Source of the DNA: Alphaproteobacteria bacterium
Lineage (GTDB): Bacteria; Pseudomonadota; Alphaproteobacteria; UBA828
Assembly (NCBI GenBank): GCA_965214705.1
Contig: CBDCCI010000002.1
Coordinates: forward strand, 2,720,001-2,784,000
Direction of reading: 5' to 3'
DNA: 64,000 nucleotides
The position numbers and the translations under genes were made by a program. The notes under the pieces are model-generated. The model was given only the letters and a program-made list of their open reading frames with translations. It was not told where the DNA came from and ran no database searches. Position 1 is the stretch's first letter. Each line of letters begins with the position of its first letter. This document shows, one piece after another, positions 59,680 through 64,000 of this stretch.

Positions 59680-61083
59680 ATGAAGGGGAACTTTCAGCAG
59701 TACGACAACGCAGACCTTTGGCAGAAGGACCGGGACCACAACATCCATCCCTGGACCGACTTCGCGACCTTCAAGGAGGAAGGCTCCGAGGTCATGGCGG
59801 AGGCCGAGGGGGTCTACGTCTACAACGCCGAGGGCGAGCGCTACATGGACGGCATCGGCGGCCTCTGGTGCGTCAATATCGGCTATGGCCGGGAAGAGAT
59901 GGCGCAGGCGATCGCCGATCAGGTGCGCCGTATCCCCTACTACTCGACCTTCACCCACCTGACCACGCCGCCGGCGGCGGAGCTTGCGGCGAAGCTCGCC
60001 GAACTCGCGCCGGCCAGCATCAACCACGTGTTCTACGGCACCGGCGGCTCGATGGCGAACGACACCGCCATCCGCGTGATTCACTTCTATTTCAACCGCC
60101 TGGGCAAGCCGAACAAGAAGAAGATCATCTCGCGCGTCGACGCCTATCACGGCTCGACCTACCTCGCGATGACCATGACCGGGGTGAAGTTCGACCATGA
60201 CGGCTTCGACCTCGCGCCCGACCTCGTGCACCACATTCCGGCACCCCACACCTATCGGCGCCCCGATGGCATGAGCGTGGAAGAATTCTGCGACGAGAAG
60301 GTGGCCGACCTCGAGAACAAGATTCTGGAGCTCGGGCCGGAGAACGTCGCCTGCTTCATTGCGGAGCCGATCATGGGTGGAGGCGGCGTGATCGTGCCCC
60401 CGCCTGGCTACCACGCCCGCACCAAAGCGGTGTGCGAGAAGTACGAGGTGCTCTATATCTCGGACGAGGTGGTGACCGGCTTCGGGCGGCTCGGGCACTT
60501 CTTCGCTTCCGAGCCGGTGTTCGACTTCACGCCCGACGTGATCACCTCGGCCAAGGGGCTCACCTCGGGCTACATCCCGCATTCGGCGACGCTGTTCTCC
60601 GACGCGATGTACGAGGTGATCAGCGTGCCTCAGTCCGACGGCGCGCTTTTCACCCACGGCTTCACCTATGCCGGGCACCCGGTCTCCTGCGCCGCCGGCG
60701 TCAAGAACATCGAGATCATGGAGCGCGAGGACCTGTGCGGTCACGTGCGCGAGGTCGGCCCCTACTTCGAGGAGCGGCTGAACGAGCTGCTGACGCTGCC
60801 GCTGATCGGCGACGTGCGGGGCAAGAAGTTCATGATGTGCGTCGAGGCGGTGAAGAATAAGGAGACCAAGGAGGTCTTCGCAGCGGATGCCAAGATCGGC
60901 GCGCGGATCACGCGCCACTGCCAGAGCCGAGGCCTGCTGGTGCGCCCGCTCGGCCACATGAACGTGCTCTCGCCGCCGCTCACGCTCACGCGCGAGCAGA
61001 TCGACACGCTCGTGGAGACCCTGCGGGAGAGCATCATCGCGACCCAGAACGACCTGGTCCGCGAGAATCTCTGGAAAGGCTGA
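59680..61083 (+). CDS. Class III PLP aminotransferase
   Basis: DGIGGLWCVNIGYGR, AYHGST, FIAEPIMG, DEVVTGFGRLG, SAKGLTSGY, HGFTYAGHP. Confidence 0.92.
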   Translation: MKGNFQQYDNADLWQKDRDHNIHPWTDFATFKEEGSEVMAEAEGVYVYNAEGERYMDGIGGLWCVNIGYGREEMAQAIADQVRRIPYYSTFTHLTTPPAAELAAKLAELAPASINHVFYGTGGSMANDTAIRVIHFYFNRLGKPNKKKIISRVDAYHGSTYLAMTMTGVKFDHDGFDLAPDLVHHIPAPHTYRRPDGMSVEEFCDEKVADLENKILELGPENVACFIAEPIMGGGGVIVPPPGYHARTKAVCEKYEVLYISDEVVTGFGRLGHFFASEPVFDFTPDVITSAKGLTSGYIPHSATLFSDAMYEVISVPQSDGALFTHGFTYAGHPVSCAAGVKNIEIMEREDLCGHVREVGPYFEERLNELLTLPLIGDVRGKKFMMCVEAVKNKETKEVFAADAKIGARITRHCQSRGLLVRPLGHMNVLSPPLTLTREQIDTLVETLRESIIATQNDLVRENLWKG

Positions 61084-61152
61084 GACGCGGGCAGGAACGC
61101 GGCAGCGAGATGATGGCCGCCGCTGCGGCCTGAAAGCCAGGAGGATCGGGAC

Positions 61153-61818
61153 GTGGCACTACCGCTCGCACCACAGCTGATCGTCAACAGCCGCATGCTC
61201 TACTTTTGCTGGGTGCCGGAAGACCCGGCAGCGGCTGCGGCGCTGCTGCCGGAAGGCCTTACACCGGCCGAGAATCAGGCGATCTTCATCAACCAGTACG
61301 TCGTGGATCGCGACGATCAGACCTCGCACTTCGGCGCCTATTCGCTGACTTACGCCGGGCTCGATCTGGCCGGCCTCGACCTTGAGGACGGCACGCCCGG
61401 CCGCTGGTGGACCCACTATCTCAACTCGAACCCGGTGATGTGCGACTATGCGGCGAAGCGCGGCGTGCCGGCGGTGCCGGGCCGCACGACGCTCTACCGC
61501 GACGGCGATCGGGTGACCGCGACCACCTACGCGGACGACCAGCCGATCATCCGCAGTGTCGCGCGCATCGGCTCAGGGATCGCGGACACGGCGCGCGGCC
61601 ATCTGCGCTACATCACCGCCGTCGACGGCCGCCTGATGAGCGGCAACTACGCCTACGTGGGTGAGCTATCGGACGATTTCGAGCTGCTCTCGTTGGAGTT
61701 CCTGGCGCCGGACCACTCGTGCCACGCGCTGCGTCCGGCGTCGCCGACCGAGGTCACCTTCGGCTTCTATGGGCCGCGTGTCTCGTTCTGCTATCCGGGC
61801 GGCGACGGGCCGCTATAG
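61153..61818 (+). CDS. Acetoacetate decarboxylase-like fold protein
   Basis: DPAAAAALLPEGLTP..FGAYSLTY..G.P pattern; GGAGGA RBS. Family assignment tentative. Confidence 0.55.
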   Translation: MALPLAPQLIVNSRMLYFCWVPEDPAAAAALLPEGLTPAENQAIFINQYVVDRDDQTSHFGAYSLTYAGLDLAGLDLEDGTPGRWWTHYLNSNPVMCDYAAKRGVPAVPGRTTLYRDGDRVTATTYADDQPIIRSVARIGSGIADTARGHLRYITAVDGRLMSGNYAYVGELSDDFELLSLEFLAPDHSCHALRPASPTEVTFGFYGPRVSFCYPGGDGPL

Positions 61819-61946
61819 GCTTTTTCGCTCACGGCAGCCGGCCTGCGGCCGGCGCCTGCACGGGCGCGCCGCATTAGCGGCGGGCCGCAGTCGCGGCCTG
61901 TCGCGTGTCCGTCTGAGACGGACACACTCCAATGCATGAGGCGAAT

Positions 61947-62786
61947 CTACTCCGGCGAATAGCCGGGGCAGATCACGTACTTTGGCTCGGTGCAGCCGCC
62001 GGTGAGTTCGCGCAGGCGCTCCTGATAGTTCCAGGCGCGCACCGCCTCGTAGTGATCGAAGGCGTGCTTGACCAGGAATTCGACCGGGTCGATCACCTCC
62101 TCGCGGCGCACCACTCCCTCGCCGATGGCGAGCACGGCGCGCGGCGTGAGCGCGAGCAGGTAGGCACGCGGATCGATCACGCCATCGACGCCGAAGCCCA
62201 CGGCGTCTCGGGCTGCCGTCGGGCCGAAGATAGGCAACACCAGATAGGGGCCTTCGCCGACGCCGTAATGGTGGAGCGTCTGGCCGAAGTCGGCGTCGTC
62301 CGCTTCCAGGCCCAAATCGGTCGCAACGTCGAAAAGCCCTGCCGCGCCGGCGGTGCTGTTGACCACGAAGCGACCGAAGCTCGTGGCGGCGCGGTCCGGG
62401 TTGAGCTGTAGCAGGTGGTTCGCGGTGACCACCGGCTCCGCCATATTGGTGAAGGCGCGGCTGACAGCCTGCCGTGCGTCGCTCGGCATGAAGCCCCGGT
62501 AGAACCGGGCCACCGGTTCCAAGAGAAGAAAGTCGAACACGCCGTTGATGTAGTAGAAGACTTGGTTCACCTCCTCGAAGGGATCGTCATAGCCGTCTTT
62601 CCCGCCCTCGCGCGGCAGAACCGGCCAGTCGGCGCCACGGCTCTCAATTGACGGAGCACCGTCGAGGGAGGCGGGCTCATCGTCAATGAACCGTTCGAGC
62701 ACCGTGCAGCCCTGCACGATGGGGACAGCCAGGAGCAGCGTGACCAGCGCGACGGCGAACCGACCCGCGCGGCCCTGCGATTTCAT
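61947..62786 (-). CDS. mlaA: MlaA/VacJ lipoprotein
   Basis: VQGC lipobox, DPFEEVN, RFVVNSTAG..DFGQTL..GPYLVLPIFGP..RDAVG. Confidence 0.9.
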   Translation of the reverse strand: MKSQGRAGRFAVALVTLLLAVPIVQGCTVLERFIDDEPASLDGAPSIESRGADWPVLPREGGKDGYDDPFEEVNQVFYYINGVFDFLLLEPVARFYRGFMPSDARQAVSRAFTNMAEPVVTANHLLQLNPDRAATSFGRFVVNSTAGAAGLFDVATDLGLEADDADFGQTLHHYGVGEGPYLVLPIFGPTAARDAVGFGVDGVIDPRAYLLALTPRAVLAIGEGVVRREEVIDPVEFLVKHAFDHYEAVRAWNYQERLRELTGGCTEPKYVICPGYSPE

Positions 62787-62790
62787 TCGG

Positions 62791-63852
62791 CTAGCTGGCG
62801 GCAGGATCATCGCCCTGATGCAGGACCGCGTGGAAGGTGGCGGGATCGACGTTGCCGCCCGAAAGCACGGCGACCACCGTGCGCCCGGCGGTGGCGATCT
62901 TGCCGGCAAGCACCGCCGCGAGCGCCACCGCGCCACCGGGCTCGACCACGAGCTTGAGATGCAGGAAGGCCGTCCGCATGGCCGCGCCCACCTCGGCGTC
63001 GCTCACGGCTACGCCGCTGTGCACCCGCTCCACGTTGATCGGGAAGGTAAGCGCGCCGGGCTTCGGAGCGAGGAGTGCGTCGCAGAAGCTCTGGCCTTGT
63101 GCACCGGAGACGCCGACGCGACGGCCCTGTTCGAACGACATGGCGTGGTCATCGTAGCCCTGCGGTTCGGCGGTGTGAAGGCGGGTCTCCGGCCAGGCGT
63201 CGGCAATGGCGAGAGACGTTCCGGCCATCAGACCGCCGCCGCCGGCAGGCACGACCACGGCCTCGGGCCGGCAGCCGAACGCTTTGCATTGCCTGACGAT
63301 TTCGTGCCCGACCGTGCCCTGGCCGGCGATGACATTGAAGTCGTCATAGGGCTTGACCAGCGTCGCGCCGCGTTCCTCCGCGATCCGCTTGCCGAGGGCC
63401 TCGCGCGCTTCAGAAGCGCGGTCGTAAAGCACGATCTCGGCACCGTGGCGGCGGGTACCGGCGATCTTCACCTCGGGCGCGTCCCGCGGCATGACGATCA
63501 CTGCCGGCACGCCGACGAGCCTGGCCGCCGCCGCGACGGCCTGGGCGTGGTTGCCGGAGGAATAGGTGACCACGCCGCTCTGCCTGGTGGCCTGATCGAG
63601 CTGCAACAGACGGTTGCACGCGCCCCGGAACTTGAACGAGCCGGTGCGCTGGAGCGGCTCCGCCTTGAGCAGCAGGCGCCCGCCGATCAACTCGTCGAGG
63701 GCGTCGGCCCTGAGCAGCGGCGTCTCGACCGCGTGGCCAGCCAAGCGCTCCGCAGCCCCGCGCACGTCGGAGGGCTTGGGCAGCAGCTCCGACGCCGCCG
63801 TATCCGAAGCGGCACCCTGCGGGTCGCTCACCGGAGCCTCCGCCGCCGCCAT
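62791..63852 (-). CDS. Threonine/serine dehydratase
   Basis: KAEPLQRTGSFKFRGA, SSGNHAQ, GQGT, GGGGL, EPGGA, LSGGN. Start uncertain. Confidence 0.9.
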   Translation of the reverse strand: MAAAEAPVSDPQGAASDTAASELLPKPSDVRGAAERLAGHAVETPLLRADALDELIGGRLLLKAEPLQRTGSFKFRGACNRLLQLDQATRQSGVVTYSSGNHAQAVAAAARLVGVPAVIVMPRDAPEVKIAGTRRHGAEIVLYDRASEAREALGKRIAEERGATLVKPYDDFNVIAGQGTVGHEIVRQCKAFGCRPEAVVVPAGGGGLMAGTSLAIADAWPETRLHTAEPQGYDDHAMSFEQGRRVGVSGAQGQSFCDALLAPKPGALTFPINVERVHSGVAVSDAEVGAAMRTAFLHLKLVVEPGGAVALAAVLAGKIATAGRTVVAVLSGGNVDPATFHAVLHQGDDPAAS

Positions 63853-64000
63853 CCTGCGCGGCGGGACTCGCCCCGATCCGGCCGGTCGACTGGCGTGACG
63901 CCGTCGTCGCGCGAAAACCGACACAGCGCACGAAAATCGACATGGGCGCCCCGCTCGCCGTTGCCGATTCGCGCGCAATGAGCAGCCACGGTCTGCCGGG

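Overview
High-GC bacterial window, probably alphaproteobacterial (inferred from GTTC-N7-GTTC LexA-type boxes and a choXWV-betI-betA locus). Bases 2254-40766 form one ~38.5 kb integrative, mobilizable element. It is inserted near the 3' end of an aromatic-L-amino-acid decarboxylase-like gene and is bounded by an 11-bp direct repeat (CACACCACGAC); the displaced gene tail resumes in frame at 40756. Its left end is a pair of tandem tyrosine recombinases bracketed by 163-bp imperfect inverted repeats, followed by an inverted paralog of the disrupted decarboxylase. Its right end carries a MOBF (TrwC-like) relaxase-helicase, three small RHH-like genes, a candidate oriT and a perfect 7x12-bp tandem array that touches the right direct repeat. 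The cargo is small metabolic genes, a 1142-aa repeat-rich TbpB-like lipoprotein and many insertion sequences or remnants (ISAs1 with DUF4338, two IS1634, IS1182/IS5-like, IS91 plus recombinase, group II intron, IS5, IS630). From 40870 onward the DNA is mostly ordinary chromosome: choline uptake and oxidation, frmA, ABC binding proteins, SulP, GST, an aminotransferase, MlaA and a threonine dehydratase. A small IS1595-scarred patch there holds a second TbpB-like lipoprotein. All calls come from reading motifs by eye; no database search was run.
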